Shown here: positions 51,881 to 64,000 of the stretch, in pieces
Numbering within the stretch: the first letter of the stretch is position 1
Layout: each line of letters begins with the position of its first letter
From: Paraphysomonas bandaiensis
Lineage: Eukaryota; Protista; Chrysophyceae
NCBI GenBank assembly: GCA_965644295.1
Contig: CBFFRP010000298.1
Location: 620,001 to 684,000, forward strand
Direction: 5' to 3'
Length of the DNA: 64,000 nucleotides
Notes under the pieces: model-generated
What the model saw: the letters and a program-made list of their open reading frames with translations, nothing else
Told to the model about the DNA's origin: nothing
The model's database searches: none
Made by a program: the position numbers and the translations under genes

Positions 51881-54684
51881 CAGTAGGAAGTAGGGTCCCC
51901 ACTAATGCCGGTTTTTTAGGTGTTTTCAGTCAATCACAGTTTCAGTCACAGAGTGGCGATGACGTTAGCAAATACGTCATCAGATGTGGAATGATTTTGT
52001 GTGAGATGCATTATAATTGACCAGCTTGATTCATGATTTGGATCTCGAGTTATTCATGTCCAAAGTGAGTGCCCTTAAGGGGTTTTTCAGTTATCTTTTT
52101 TTTTAGGATCCTATTAGTGCCGGTTTTCATGACCCGCCTCACTCCACTGATGACAGTCCGTCACACACTCTACACGATACATCAACACACCATGTGACTC
52201 TGAGGACACAAACAGCATTCTGTACTAATTCAATAGTGCTGGACTCGAATCCGAGACCTAATTCCCTCAAAACATTGAGTGTAGCCCGATATTTAAGACT
52301 CTATGCTGCACACATGACTGTGTGTATCACTTGGAATACAAACATCACATGACTCTACACAGCCTGTCTGTTTGTAGAATGTAGCTCTGTAGATACTGTG
52401 CACTCATAATTGTGTATGAATTTTGTATGATATCATCATTACGTTCCTATTAATCCAAAGCAATGCACCTACCTCAATACTAGAGGTTGACACCTATGCA
52501 ATCATATGGGCAGCAATTCCGACATTTCAGATAGTGATAGTGATGTTAGTAATGGTAAAAGAATATATATCACTATATTTGACACATTGGTCGACGAAAC
52601 GCGTGTTGGAATGCACTGTAAGCGCTGGAAAGGGACTATCCACTGGCCAGTGTTCAGATGATGCTGATTGGTGACTTCGGATCAATTCAGTAGATAGATT
52701 TTGCGAAAGTAGCTAGTAGTGAATGTCTGATTATTAGCAGTAGGCATGTAAGAGTCAGCACTAATGTAGCCAAGCAATATAATTAACTAGTGCTTAACTA
52801 AGATATCCTACTATTTGGCGCTACGAAAGCTGCTTGTGCGTCACCACAAGCACCATGGTGCAGCCACTTTCCCTCTCTGTCCTTAAGATGAATAGCCCGG
52901 ATGCATGGCTTCAGTATGCAGTCCAATACCCCAGATACTCTTGAGGTGGGCCCATTCCCGGATGTCTGTTTAATAGTCAAGGCCCAAAGACGTTTATACG
53001 AGAAGTGACACTATTTTGTCCCGTGTATCACACAAACATTCTGCTATGAGTGGGCAGAACAATATCTGCTTACTATATATGGGGCTCACGTTAGTTTCCC
53101 GGAGAACTCAGAATAAAAGGTGCGATTCCGACTTTGTTGAGGGCGAAGGTAGCTAGCAGAAGTAAGTAGTGCAAGCTATGTTAAAATCAAGCACTAGAAT
53201 AGAAGGCAATTAATTGCAACGACAATAATTGGGTTCTTGGGTAGTGTTTGCATCTCACCAATTAATTTTTTCGCAACCCTTGTAAGTAGTAGTGGAAATA
53301 AGATTCAAGTATTAAAAGAAATTAATAATGAGTATAGGAGATATTTATAATGAGTACTCTTATAGGAGAAAAATGTGGTGTGTAGTTGTTCACATATGGC
53401 AGGTGTAAAGGTGTGCAGTTCACACATCGTTTACATGATATAAACATACAAACTACTACAAATATTAGTATTCGCGGGCGGGGGTGATCCAGCCCTTCTC
53501 ATGGAAATATGCCGTGGTGCTCTTGATGAGAAGGCAGAAGTCTGAACCCCCCTCATACGGCTCCACATAATACCATGTGTTTCATCCCCGGCTGCTCTTC
53601 CACAGCCACCTGGCGCTCCTGTGAGAAACCAGCGACAGAACAGTCCGAATGTCTGGAGAAGCCTGGCGTCACTGGATTTCAAAGCTTTCCGGGAACCATA
53701 AAGTTGGAGCGAATTGAACTCTTGCCGCAATAGGCCTCTTCCAACCGCATGAATGTGAATGCACATGTAGTACTTCCTACATGAAGCGCTTATGAAGATC
53801 AGACGTCTAATCGGTCCAGAAGTTCAGACGTCGAGGCCATAATATCGCGGTCAACGCTGTTGGAAATATGGCTCTGGGTACGACCAAGAGGGAAGACCAT
53901 ATCCACAATGGTGTAGTTGGAGGGTCATTTGCAGAAGTAGCGAAAAGAGGACGCATCTTCGGTACTACCAAAGTCTAACCGAAGAATATCCCGAAACTGT
54001 GCCCTATCATCGATTTGTGTGTACAATACAGCACCATACTTTTCCAGTATGATTTCTCTTCCAGTTGTGGAGATGACACCCTTCAACAAGGCAACTAGAT
54101 ATACATGATATTATAAATCGTAGACATATACACAAGTAGATAAGCACAAAATAACAACTACCTTGCAAACAAATATTTTGCGCTCCTTCAGAGTGTAGAT
54201 TCACCGTAGAGATAGGAGCTTAACCCCAGTTTCATACCTTCAACCATGAGACCTCTCTCTGGTCATAGTTGGTATGTTTCCATCCTTCCTAGATGCTTTA
54301 TCAGGCAAAGGCGAGTCTTCCAATGATCAAAGTACACGATTCACTACTGTCCTATGAGGCACATAGTCAGGAAGATCCCTTGTTGTTGCGATATCGCTGC
54401 TGACTGGTCGATGGTCCCAACAACGGCATGGATTCAGAGCCCCTACGTTATGTATTGGGCACGAGCTTACATTGATACTGTTGTGGCATTGTCTGATATG
54501 AATGGTGCGCAGTATAATGTGCAACCTTATGTGCAATGTGCGACTCAGTGCATGTATGTATGAGAGATCTGCCTGAAGTCAGTTAATCTTCATACCAATC
54601 GTGCACTTTTCTATAAAAAAAATCGGCACAAGCAGGAACCAAAAAATCTGAAATCGGCATTAGTTGGGACCCTACTTCCTACTG
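51881..54684. mobile_element. ~2.8 kb segment bounded by ~29-bp inverted repeats (putative non-autonomous DNA transposon or duplication relic)
   Basis: CAGTAGGAAGTAGGGTCCCCACTAATGCCG at 51881 pairs with CGGCATTAGTTGGGACCCTACTTCCTACTG ending at 54684. Subterminal TGCCGG/TCGGCA repeats; no TSD seen. Confidence 0.5.
52714..53146 (+). repeat. Dispersed repeat R1, copy I
   Basis: TAGTAGTGAATGTCTG...GCGCTACGAAAGCTGCTTGTGCGTCACCACAAGCACC...TCCGACTTTGTTGAGGG. Confidence 0.85.
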
Positions 54685-54772
54685 TGTACATGTACTATAC
54701 ATATAGAGAGCAGTTCAGTCCCTCTCAACCCAATACAATAACCACTATACCATAATCAACAATCCATACACT

Positions 54773-56546
54773 ATGAAAACACTATACTTTACACTCACAA
54801 TCCTCACACTATCCCTCCTGATCTCTCCGGGCGATAGCTCCTTATCAGGGAGGATTAAACACGTCATCATTCTTATGCTTGAGAACAGAAGCTTTGATCA
54901 CATGTTGGGATTTTTAAAGCTACTTAACAAGGAGGTGAGTGATGGATAATGATGTGTGGGTATCCAGTGACCCACTGAGTCAGGTGAATGGGTGTCTGCC
55001 GCATCAGGATAAATGTTGGAATCATATGGATCCTCAGGATCTCTCATCGCCAACTGTAACAGTAGACGATACTGCTGTATACCGACAAGTCGACCCACAG
55101 TACGTACCAAATATAGTTCAATAGTGATTGATTTAATGTATGTTGCAGTCATGCCATATCGTGGACAACTCAGCAAGTGTACGGATATCCCAGACACGAA
55201 GAACCCCCACAGGATGCCGAACCTTCCATGGATGGGTTCATAATTACCTACATTGATGCCAACGATGGAAATGAAACCGCTGGCGCCGAAATCATGAAGT
55301 GTTTCTCTCCTGAACATGTGCCAATCATGACTAACTTATCAATGGAATTTGGATTCTTCGACGGTAAGTTGAATTCGTTTATTTGTTGACCTCGTTATAG
55401 TTTGCGCAGGATGGTATGCTAGTGTCCCAGGACCAACTATGGTTAACCGCGCATATGCTTCCAGTGGAACTAGTCATGGGATGGGTACTAACGATGAGAA
55501 GACCATTGCAAAAGGACTTCCTCAGAAAACAATGTTTCGGCAACTACTTGATATGGGGCTTGATTACAGAGTAGGACAACTGTGTGAAAGAGGACACATT
55601 AATAATACGTTTTCAGGTGTATTTTCAAGATGTTCCCTCCGTGTTGCAATTCAAAGATATGAGGCATAAGGAGGCAAGGTGCAGTATCCAATAATCAGTT
55701 GTTGCTGTATGTGACTGATGCTCTTGTTTCAGGGAAAGGTACAGGTGGCTGGATAATTTGTACATGGACCTTGAGACCGGAGACATCCCCGAGTTTGTGT
55801 GGGTGGAACCTGCATACTTCACCACTCCCCGCCAAGAAGCAACTGATCAACACCCCGATCATGACGTGTCTCTAGGTGAAGCTCTTGTGAGGGACATATA
55901 TGAGGCTGTGCGTAAGTCAACGGCCTGGGAGGAGACTGTGTTCATGATTACATATGATGAACATGGAGGATTCTTTGACCACGTGCCCCCTCCCGAGAAT
56001 GTACCGAACCCGGATGGTCTAAATGCAACCGATGATCCCTTTGATTTCACTCGGCTGGGGGTTCGTGTTCCCACAGTGGTTGTATCTCCCTGGGTGAAGA
56101 AGGGATCCGTGTTCCATGCTCCAGATTCCTCTGCTTCTGGTGATGAAGAGTATGGGCCAAGTCAATATGAGCACTCAAGCATAGTGTCTACTGTTGTGCA
56201 TGAGTTATTCGCACCTGCTGAGGGATACAGTGCACCTGAATACCTGACTAAACGGGATGAGTGGGCCAAGACATTCGGGTGGATATTCGATGAACTGGAC
56301 GAAGTACGCACGGATTGTCCTGAGACTCTTCCGGAGGTGTTTTCTATTCGGGAACACATCCCGGATGCCCTTCCTGCAAATGACGGAAGCCTTCCACTCT
56401 CAGACCTTCAGTTGGAGCTCATACACATGATCGCAGGAGCAGCTGGGGACAACTCACTGACATCCGCAAATTTGACAGAGTGGAGGGAGAAGGATGGCGG
56501 AGAATACTGCCTTAAGATGACTCAGAAGATAATTTCTGAGAAGTGA
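54773..56546 (+). CDS. Secreted non-specific phospholipase C / phosphoesterase, paralogue 2
   Basis: Signal peptide MKTLYFTLTILTLSLL; IKHVIILMLENRSFDHMLG; last exon almost identical to paralogue 1. Confidence 0.92.
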
Positions 56547-56989
56547 TTGTGTGTGAATTGTCTAATATTTTTGTATAGCTGTGGAAGAGCGAATGTTATG
56601 TTTGATGAATATCTTACTGTGGCGTACGTATGTCGTATGTCCACCACTGCCATGTTTGTTTTATGAATACGTATACTAATGGACTTATGGTTATTAATTA
56701 TAATTGTATTAATATTCGCTCTTACAATAATAGACCTCAAATGTACAACTGTTATCAACGCTACTGTATTCTTCAAGTAACGGTCATACTACAACGCTTC
56801 CGTTAGATATCGTCCCATCAATAATATTCCATTACATTTTTAACTACTGCCCACTGGAACCAAAATCCAACTCTAACATTGAGAAATCTGTGAAGCTATT
56901 AGTGAATGAAATAGTAAGTGTGAATAGAAGTAACTGATTGCATTGGTGTTAATAAATGCATGCTGTAACAGAGTATTGCTGAGTGAAAT

Positions 56990-58943
56990 CAGGGATAGGG
57001 AACAATATATTGCAATACTATTGTTAGGTAGCGTTCCATCAATAGTATTGATGGATTTTTTAAACCGGCCCTACAATACTATTGCAATATATTGCAATAT
57101 ATTGTACAATATATTGCAATATATTAGTATGACTAATCAGTAAGTAAACACATCCGTAGTTTTCATTTTTAGTACTTGCCATATTTTATAAGGTCTAAGG
57201 TCACTTGATAATCAAACCCACTACTCTTAACTAATTAAAAGTTTCCTCATACTCATCCTCTGAGCCATCATCGGTGACATCATCATCACCATATTCATTC
57301 AATATTGATTGAAATATGCTTGCATCCGGCCACAACTGTCGGTTAGCTTTCAGAAACAACAGCATATTAAGTGTAGTAGGATGCATACGTTTGCGCAACA
57401 CTGATATAATCAGTTTTGCTGCGCTGAACAGGCGTTCACACGTATTGGAAGTACATACTACATGACTCGTGCACCTGTACTTAGATATTTCAACTTTTCG
57501 CTTCTTAAGTTTTTGAGCTGATTGAAGAATTTTTTCCGCATAGCCAACTTCAGCTTCATCATCCTCTGTATTGTTGCAATAATCACTGTCTGAACGGAGA
57601 TATATTCTAACAGCATCTTTCTCAGATCTTGTCAAGTCCAATTCTTCGCCTGCTTGGAGTTTTGCAATTCCATTCTCGAAATTCGGATCATTAACAATGG
57701 GACTGTTTTTCTGTATATATAAGCCTAAAGTCCCTCAATAAGCCATCAAATATGTTCCGGCATTCATAAAGATTCACTTGACTTGATCCTCCAGTTTGAA
57801 GCAATTTCGAGACGCTTTCAAACTTCCTCAGGTCGTCTACAAGGGCGATTATTTCGGTATTCTGTCGAGGAGTAGGAATCATATCAGTAACTGCAAGCGG
57901 TAAGTCTTCAATTTTTAATACATGATCTTTTATACGCATCCACTTTACGAGAACCTGAAACATAGAAGACCATCTTGTGACATTTACCCTTTCTGGTAGC
58001 AGACTGGTTTGGCCACGTAGCAATGCAGCATTCTTAATCTGCTTCAACTTCCCCATTAGTAGGTCTACTTTGCGAATAAGAGGCCTAATGCCTTCGTCAG
58101 ATCTTGTCACATCTCCTTGGTTATTCCTCTTCTCTTTGCTGCCAATGAGTTCATTGACAGCGAGATTTAGTCGGTGAGATGCACATCCAACTAGGGGTAC
58201 ACCTAATATATATTATAACATTCGACAATTTCACACAAGTAATACGGTGTTACCAGAATCAGTAGCCAATTTTCTGTTTGTAGCACAGTTATCTCCAAGA
58301 TAAAACTCAACAATGTCGCAAACATTGTCAGCGTTAACCTCAACTCCAAATTTATTGAGAACTTCTACGATAGTATCAAACCAATCCGCAGCAGTGAATC
58401 CGTAGAATTTCTCTTCATCAGGTAGAGAAAGTGTGATCCTTTAGATTGTTGTATCCATTCCGAATATTCTGTTGTCGTTTACGTCCGCAGATTTTACACT
58501 CGTGTTTGTTCGGGACACCTTCGACCGGACTCCAAAAACAGCGGTAAATGTCCCTACTCTTGTATGCACTCATCATTCAGTTGTCTCTTCTTGTCACTAT
58601 AGGATATATATACTATATTAAGAGAAGTACTGTACATACATGTGGAGAGGTGTAGAGTGCTGTTTGAGCTGGCGATACATAAAAAATAGAAAATAACATC
58701 AAAAATAGGCTTTTTTTCTTATTTTCCGGATATTTGTATACAGAGGCGTATATTTTGCACCATACAGTTGAGGATCTTCTCTTATATGACTATCATAATA
58801 TTGATTGCAATATATTGCAATAGTATTGTGAGCTCTATTAACAGAAACACTATTGATGGAATATTTGACCAGTCCACCAATCAATATATTTTACAATATA
58901 TTGTACAATATATTGCAATACAATATATTGTTCCCTATCCCTG
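56990..58943 (-). mobile_element. Non-autonomous hAT DNA transposon with TIRs and 8-bp TSD
   Basis: TIR CAGGGATAGGGAACAATATATTG at both ends; TSD AGTGAAAT at 56982-56989 and 58944-58951; subterminal AATATATTG arrays. Confidence 0.95.
57231..58440 (-). pseudogene. Truncated, frameshifted hAT transposase
   Basis: LGDNCATN, VGCASHRLNLAV, NVTRWSS, and C-terminal dimerisation motif TSNTCERLFS...LNMLLFLKAN. Frameshift near 57720; N-terminal half absent. Confidence 0.85.
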
Positions 58944-59199
58944 AGTGAAATAGTTCGAAAGTCATACCAGACGAATAGTAACATTTACAGAAAGTGAGTT
59001 GACCAATTTATGTCGAATTTAACCATTATTACTTAATAAAACCAGCTGTTTCATTGACAGCGACTCAAAATTGCTCTAATGGGGTGACAAGAATAATAAT
59101 AATTCTACGCAACGAAATTTCAAATGACAACCTTATCTCAGTGATGTATTATGAATGAGCCAATAAAACCATCGACAAATTAAGGGACACAGGAAGGTG

Positions 59200-60513
59200 T
59201 CACTCAGTCAGTCCCCTTGATCGGCGTGAGTTGACAGCAGTGGGTGCATTGGCCAAGGTTTCCTCTAGAGAAAAACACGCCATGGTGCAAGAAAGGTCAG
59301 CTTCTACCGTCGTGGACGATACCGAAGTCCGGACGTAGGTCCCAGCACGAGGTACCAAGATGCGACGCAAAGAAGCAGGCGCCTCGATCAGTGTTTTCAG
59401 AGCAGATTCGTCGGCAAACATTGTTAGAACGAACCGCTTGGGTCGAAAACAATGGAGAACATTTCTCACCAAAGGGGTGTAGCTGGGAAGGCTTGTGTTT
59501 GTCTCAAACGATGCGTATGAACACTGGGGTTCTGGAGTGACATGAATGGTGGAGTATGCATCATGCAAGATGGCATTCATAGAGTACCCACAAGGTGTGA
59601 AGGCACAAGCATCAATGGTGGCCCCAGGGACCAACTGATTAATCCCAGCTGCCAGCGTCATATCCTTTCCCGTATCGGCACTCCCACTCTTGTAAAACAT
59701 GGAGGCTACAGCCCTGTCCATGTCAAACATCATCATATTGATGGTAACGCCCTCCATGGAGGAAGTAGCGTCGGGTAATGAGGGGGAGGGAGGTGAACTC
59801 GGATGCTGCAAAATACCCATCTCTGGTGCCTTCGGTGGAAAGACAGCCACCGACTTTGTGGCAGGAGGGGTAAGAGGTTTGACAAGTGCCGTGCTGTGGG
59901 GGAGATCTGCAACATATACAAACCAATGGTCCCCAGTAACAGGTCCAAGTATGTGGCCAGATCCATTGAGTCGCTCTTGCAGCTTTGAATGGGAATCCAA
60001 GAACTTAATCTCGTCGCCAAAGTTTGAGTGCGGCCATTTCTGTGCACTGGGATTGTTAAGGTTCTTCCGGGAGTATCCTACCCAGCGGACCTCCATGTTG
60101 AGATCGTCGGCGAACTTCAATAAGGAATCCAAACAGTGCAGCAACGTCGTAGTTCCACAGGTCTTCATAATGTAGCGGTACTTGTAAACAAAGAGTGATG
60201 ACTCAGATAAGACATATGCGTCCATGTAGTTGCTTGAAATCTTGCTTAATATACTGCATTTGGCTTCCGTACATAGGAAGTCAAGTTGTTGACGGGTGAG
60301 TGCGCGTAGGCCTTGTTCGTGTCCTATACCCGGCTGGAAACAGACCTCCATGGTCTTCTCCGGACCTTCAAAGCATTCCTGAGAGCTATACTGTCCCTCA
60401 GATGACACGATTATCTGACCCTCATCATCAGAGCACGATGTCGTGCTCTCCGGGGTGGGGCTATATGTGCGATCATATAGCTCGATGCTATCGTTACTGC
60501 TAAGAATGCTCAT
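59200..60513 (-). CDS. AMD1: S-adenosylmethionine decarboxylase proenzyme
   Basis: FEGPEK, self-cleavage site YVLSE/SSLFV, KTCGTT, PCGYSMN, TIHVTPE..SYASFET. Confidence 0.96.
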   Translation of the reverse strand: MSILSSNDSIELYDRTYSPTPESTTSCSDDEGQIIVSSEGQYSSQECFEGPEKTMEVCFQPGIGHEQGLRALTRQQLDFLCTEAKCSILSKISSNYMDAYVLSESSLFVYKYRYIMKTCGTTTLLHCLDSLLKFADDLNMEVRWVGYSRKNLNNPSAQKWPHSNFGDEIKFLDSHSKLQERLNGSGHILGPVTGDHWFVYVADLPHSTALVKPLTPPATKSVAVFPPKAPEMGILQHPSSPPSPSLPDATSSMEGVTINMMMFDMDRAVASMFYKSGSADTGKDMTLAAGINQLVPGATIDACAFTPCGYSMNAILHDAYSTIHVTPEPQCSYASFETNTSLPSYTPLVRNVLHCFRPKRFVLTMFADESALKTLIEAPASLRRILVPRAGTYVRTSVSSTTVEADLSCTMACFSLEETLANAPTAVNSRRSRGLTE

Positions 60514-60850
60514 TCGAAGGGGTGTCAGCTCACGCCGTCAGATTGCAAGATCAAGAAATCAAAAACTGAGTCCTCTACACCTGCCACGTTGACCTGATGT
60601 CCACACAGACATATCTTTAAGGGGATAGTCAATACATATGAGAGATATACACACCTCGATAAAAAGGACTTCGCCTAAGAGCATACAATGCCAACAGAAC
60701 ACTCTTTCTTTCGGTCTAGCACTAGCAACCTATAGCCCACATGCATTAATCAACTCACACAACATCACATTACTTCATACTTACCGACAAGAAGAGAATT
60801 ATACGAGCCAAGTTGTGGTAACCTTCTCGAAGAAATTAATGAAATCGACT

Positions 60851-60940
60851 TCAGACTCTTCTGTGCAGTGCTTCAGAAAAAAACATATGAGCGGACGAAG
60901 CACGTTGATGAGAATCTTCAGCGGATACACTAATTTTCAT
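60851..60940 (-). promoter_or_regulatory. Candidate upstream ORF (29 aa) in the SAMDC 5' leader
   Basis: ATG 60940 to TGA 60851: MKISVSAEDSHQRASSAHMFFSEALHRRV*, followed by a strong GTAAGT donor at 60785 (probable 5'UTR intron). Confidence 0.5.
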
Positions 60941-61289
60941 TTTATGAATTCCTCAAAAGCCTACCTTCCATATATTGGCCAATATTTTCATGGGAAATCG
61001 ATGTATTTCCCCCACACTTTTAGAGAAACACATTTTATTAATCCAAAACCCCTATTTTTGAACACCACTTCAGGTTATGTACTTCGTATCTTGAGTAAAC
61101 ATAAACGGATTTCAGTTTTTAGTTTGTGTAGTGGTGGTAGTGTCTAGATATGGAGGTATGTATACGTGTGTAATATCTCACATATCTCTGCAATATAATC
61201 ACAAGCAATTAGTCAGTGCATCACACAGAGATATATATACCACAGACTTCTCTCGTCACTCAATCATTTGCAAGAATTGAATAGAGGTG

Positions 61290-64000
61290 ATGTCTGGGCC
61301 TGCTCCATCATCAGCTGCTGGAGGTGCTGGCTATTTTGTGGACCAGAAGAAAGGAGAGGTCAATGAACTCAAACAGGTCATAATACGGTAGATCTCACTG
61401 TATATTCATACAACTGATTGGTTTTATTATTTAGCTTCTTAAAAACATTAATGTTGAGCGCGATGTAAATAAAAAACGCGATGTGATTAAGAAGGTTATA
61501 GCCTACATGACTCTCGGCATAGACGTGTCTCGGCTATTCACTGATATGATAATGGTAATCAAGTTATTTGTTATAATGCAAGGCGATTAAGATGTAATGT
61601 ATTCAGGCGATTGAGACGAGGGATATGGTTATCAAGAAGATGGTGTACCTTTATCTTTCTCACTATGCGCGTAAGCAGCCTGAGTTAGCGATCATGTGCA
61701 TCAACACTCTGCGTCGTGACTGGTATATATTCTGCTGTGTTATTTCTTAAACCAACTTTCACATTTGTAGTGAAAATGAAGATCCTATGGTACGTGGTCT
61801 TGCACTTCGGTCTCTTTGTGGCTTGGGAATGGACTCTGTGTTGGAGTACGTGGAGCAGCCATTGAAGAAGTCTCTGACTGACGTGTCGGGTTACGTACGC
61901 AAGACTGGGGTAATGGGAATTCTCAAGGTAAACTCACGTGTCAATGTGCCTATTTGTACACTTTATGTTACTATGCTTATTATTTTTGATCGATCTATAT
62001 GTGAGTGAGTGCGGCGTCATAACTGGGAATTGCTTGTTGTAGATACACGCCCTCAGTGCGGAATATATTAACAATGGCGGGTACATATCGCAATTGGAGC
62101 AGATGGTTAACGACGCGGATGCCGCTGTTGTAACCAATGTGTTAATGGTTCTTGAAGAACTAAAACTTGCCGAAGGGGGTGTTGAGGTCACCAAAGATCT
62201 CATATTTCCGCTTCTCAACAGGCTGGGAGAGTTCTCTGAGTGGGGTCTGAGTGTTGTGCTGACCATTCTTTCCCGATACTATCCTGATACAGAGGAGGAG
62301 ACCTTTGCCATCATGAACGTTCTTGATCCGCTACTGCGCACGTCAAACAGTGGTGCAGTTCTTGCGACCATCAAGTGCTTCCTTCAGCTGACAGAGCCGT
62401 ACCCTGACCTTCTCACGATGGTTGTGCAGCGTGCAAAGCCCCCAATGTTAACGCTTCTTACAAGCGGTAGCAGCGAGATCCAGTACACAATTTTGAAACA
62501 TCTTGAGGTTCTCTTGCCCCGCACTATCGCGAAGGGCATATTTGATGATGAGCACAGACAATTTTTCGTGCGGTACAATGAGCCCCCGCATGTAAAGCAC
62601 CTCAAAGTTGCGCTGCTACCGCTCATCACCAACGCTGAAAACGTGAGAGAAATAGCATCCGAACTGGGGGAGTATGTAACTGATGTAGACTCGGAATTGT
62701 CTCAGAGGGCTATAGCTGCAATGGGAGAGATTGCGGTGAGGGTGTCTGATGTGTCCGGGGATATGACCCAGCGTCTAGTCGAATTGGTAGACCTCGATGT
62801 GCCATATGTGAAATCTGAGGCCATCAAGGTACTAGGCAACGTGATTAAGATCTACCCTTCAATGCGAGTGCATGTACTGCCCAGTCTATCTAGGTACCTA
62901 AAGAAAGCAGCGGAGGATCCCGAGGCTAAAGCAGTGCTGGTGTGGATCCTCGGTGAGTACGGAGATGAAGTCATAGAGGCTCCATATCTACTCGAGCCAA
63001 TTATAGACGAGTACGACGAAGAGACAAGCCCAACGGTGAAGTTACACACTCTCTCAGCGGCTGTAAAGCTGTTTTTCAAGCGAGCCCCAGAGATGCAGGC
63101 AATGCTGGGACGACTGCTTGTTAGTGCTGTGAATGACACATCGAACCAAGATGTGCACGACAAAGCTCTTCTCTACTACAGATTACTCGCTCATAGCCCT
63201 GAAGGTGCATCGGGTCTCTTTCAGCGAACATCTGATGACAGCAATAGCCATGTACCGGGTGAGGTAGAGGACGGGGATACCGAAGCACTCAATCAGGTCT
63301 TCAGGGAATTCGATACGCTGTCAGTGATATACGGGAAGCCCTGTGAGCAGTTCATAGCTGACCAGTTCGTGCTGGTAAGCGTTGGTGTTTACTGTATTGA
63401 CTTATAATTAATTTTGTTTGCTATATTTTCAGAATATGGCTTCGGCGGATCTTGCTCGACAGCGGCGCTTGGATGCCGTTGCTGCTGGTGTCCCTGTGGA
63501 GCCCGCAAACTCGAATTCAGCGCCCACTCCGGCCCAGGAGCCTGTCAAGGCAACTCCTGCCGCGTCTGTGAATTTACTGGATTGGGACGATGAGCCTTCT
63601 CCCGCCAGCCGTCCTACTCAACAGCTATCTCCTTTGGTATTGAGCCCCTGCGAGCTCTCGCCACCAGAGTTCCAGCAAAAATGGGGAGGTCTTCCGGAGG
63701 CGCTGAATTCCAAAATCTGCACCCTTGCCATGGTCCCTGACGCGACTTCCGAAGTCGAAGCCAGCATGCGAGATGTACAGGTAAGTGATGTTCGCTTGTT
63801 ATATTCAGCGCAATAGGGTTTTCCAGTTTAGTTCTCATTATTTACTACTTTTTGTTAATGTTTGATGGAAGGTGAATACCATGGCCTCTGGAGCACTTCA
63901 GTCCCCTCCTGGTATGAAATTTTTCTTCTACGCCTCACAGGAGGACGATATTCTGCGTAACATTAGCGGTGGTGTGTTTTTGGCCCAGATGATTATAGTC
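61290..64000 (+). CDS. AP4B1: AP-4 adaptor complex beta subunit, multi-exon, runs off the right edge
   Basis: KKGEVNELK, IKKVIAYMTLGIDVS, KKMVYLYL, DPMVRGLALRSLC (AP-4-type rather than the AP-1/2 LIRALAVRTM), WILGEYG, DVHDKALLYYRLL, REFDTLSVIY. Confidence 0.88.

Noticed and set aside
60638-61147. 169-aa plus-strand ORF between SAMDC and AP4B1
   Set aside because: Lies antisense to the SAMDC leader and across the divergent promoter, with no protein-like features.
39735-64000. Functional gene cluster linking neighbouring genes
   Set aside because: Neighbours have unrelated housekeeping functions; no pathway coherence.

Overview
Gene-dense eukaryotic DNA with many short (~40-110 nt) GT-AG introns; the gene content suggests a stramenopile protist (inference, not provable here). 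Genes in order: a partial type II membrane protein, organellar TsaD/OSGEPL1, a CFAP97-like protein, a hypothetical protein, a ~17 kb RNF213/mysterin-like giant AAA+/E3 gene (~5,500 aa), a MORN-repeat protein, a membrane hybrid histidine kinase, an aldo-keto reductase, a small acidic ORF, a PKG-like kinase lacking its catalytic core, an Enhancer-of-polycomb-like protein, a stand-alone aspartate carbamoyltransferase, two inverted non-specific phospholipase C paralogues, SAM decarboxylase, and a partial AP-4 beta subunit. Non-coding content: a defective hAT transposon with TIRs and an 8-bp TSD, a small MITE-like element, a (TATG)n microsatellite, and an unclassified ~0.1-0.6 kb dispersed repeat in nine copies. 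The strongest leads are the RING-less RNF213-like protein, which keeps a D-C-G motif where the RZ finger should be, a candidate polyamine-responsive uORF on SAMDC, a recurrent upstream 10-mer (TACTGCTGTA), and the dispersed repeat family. Family assignments come from motif recognition by eye; no searches were run.
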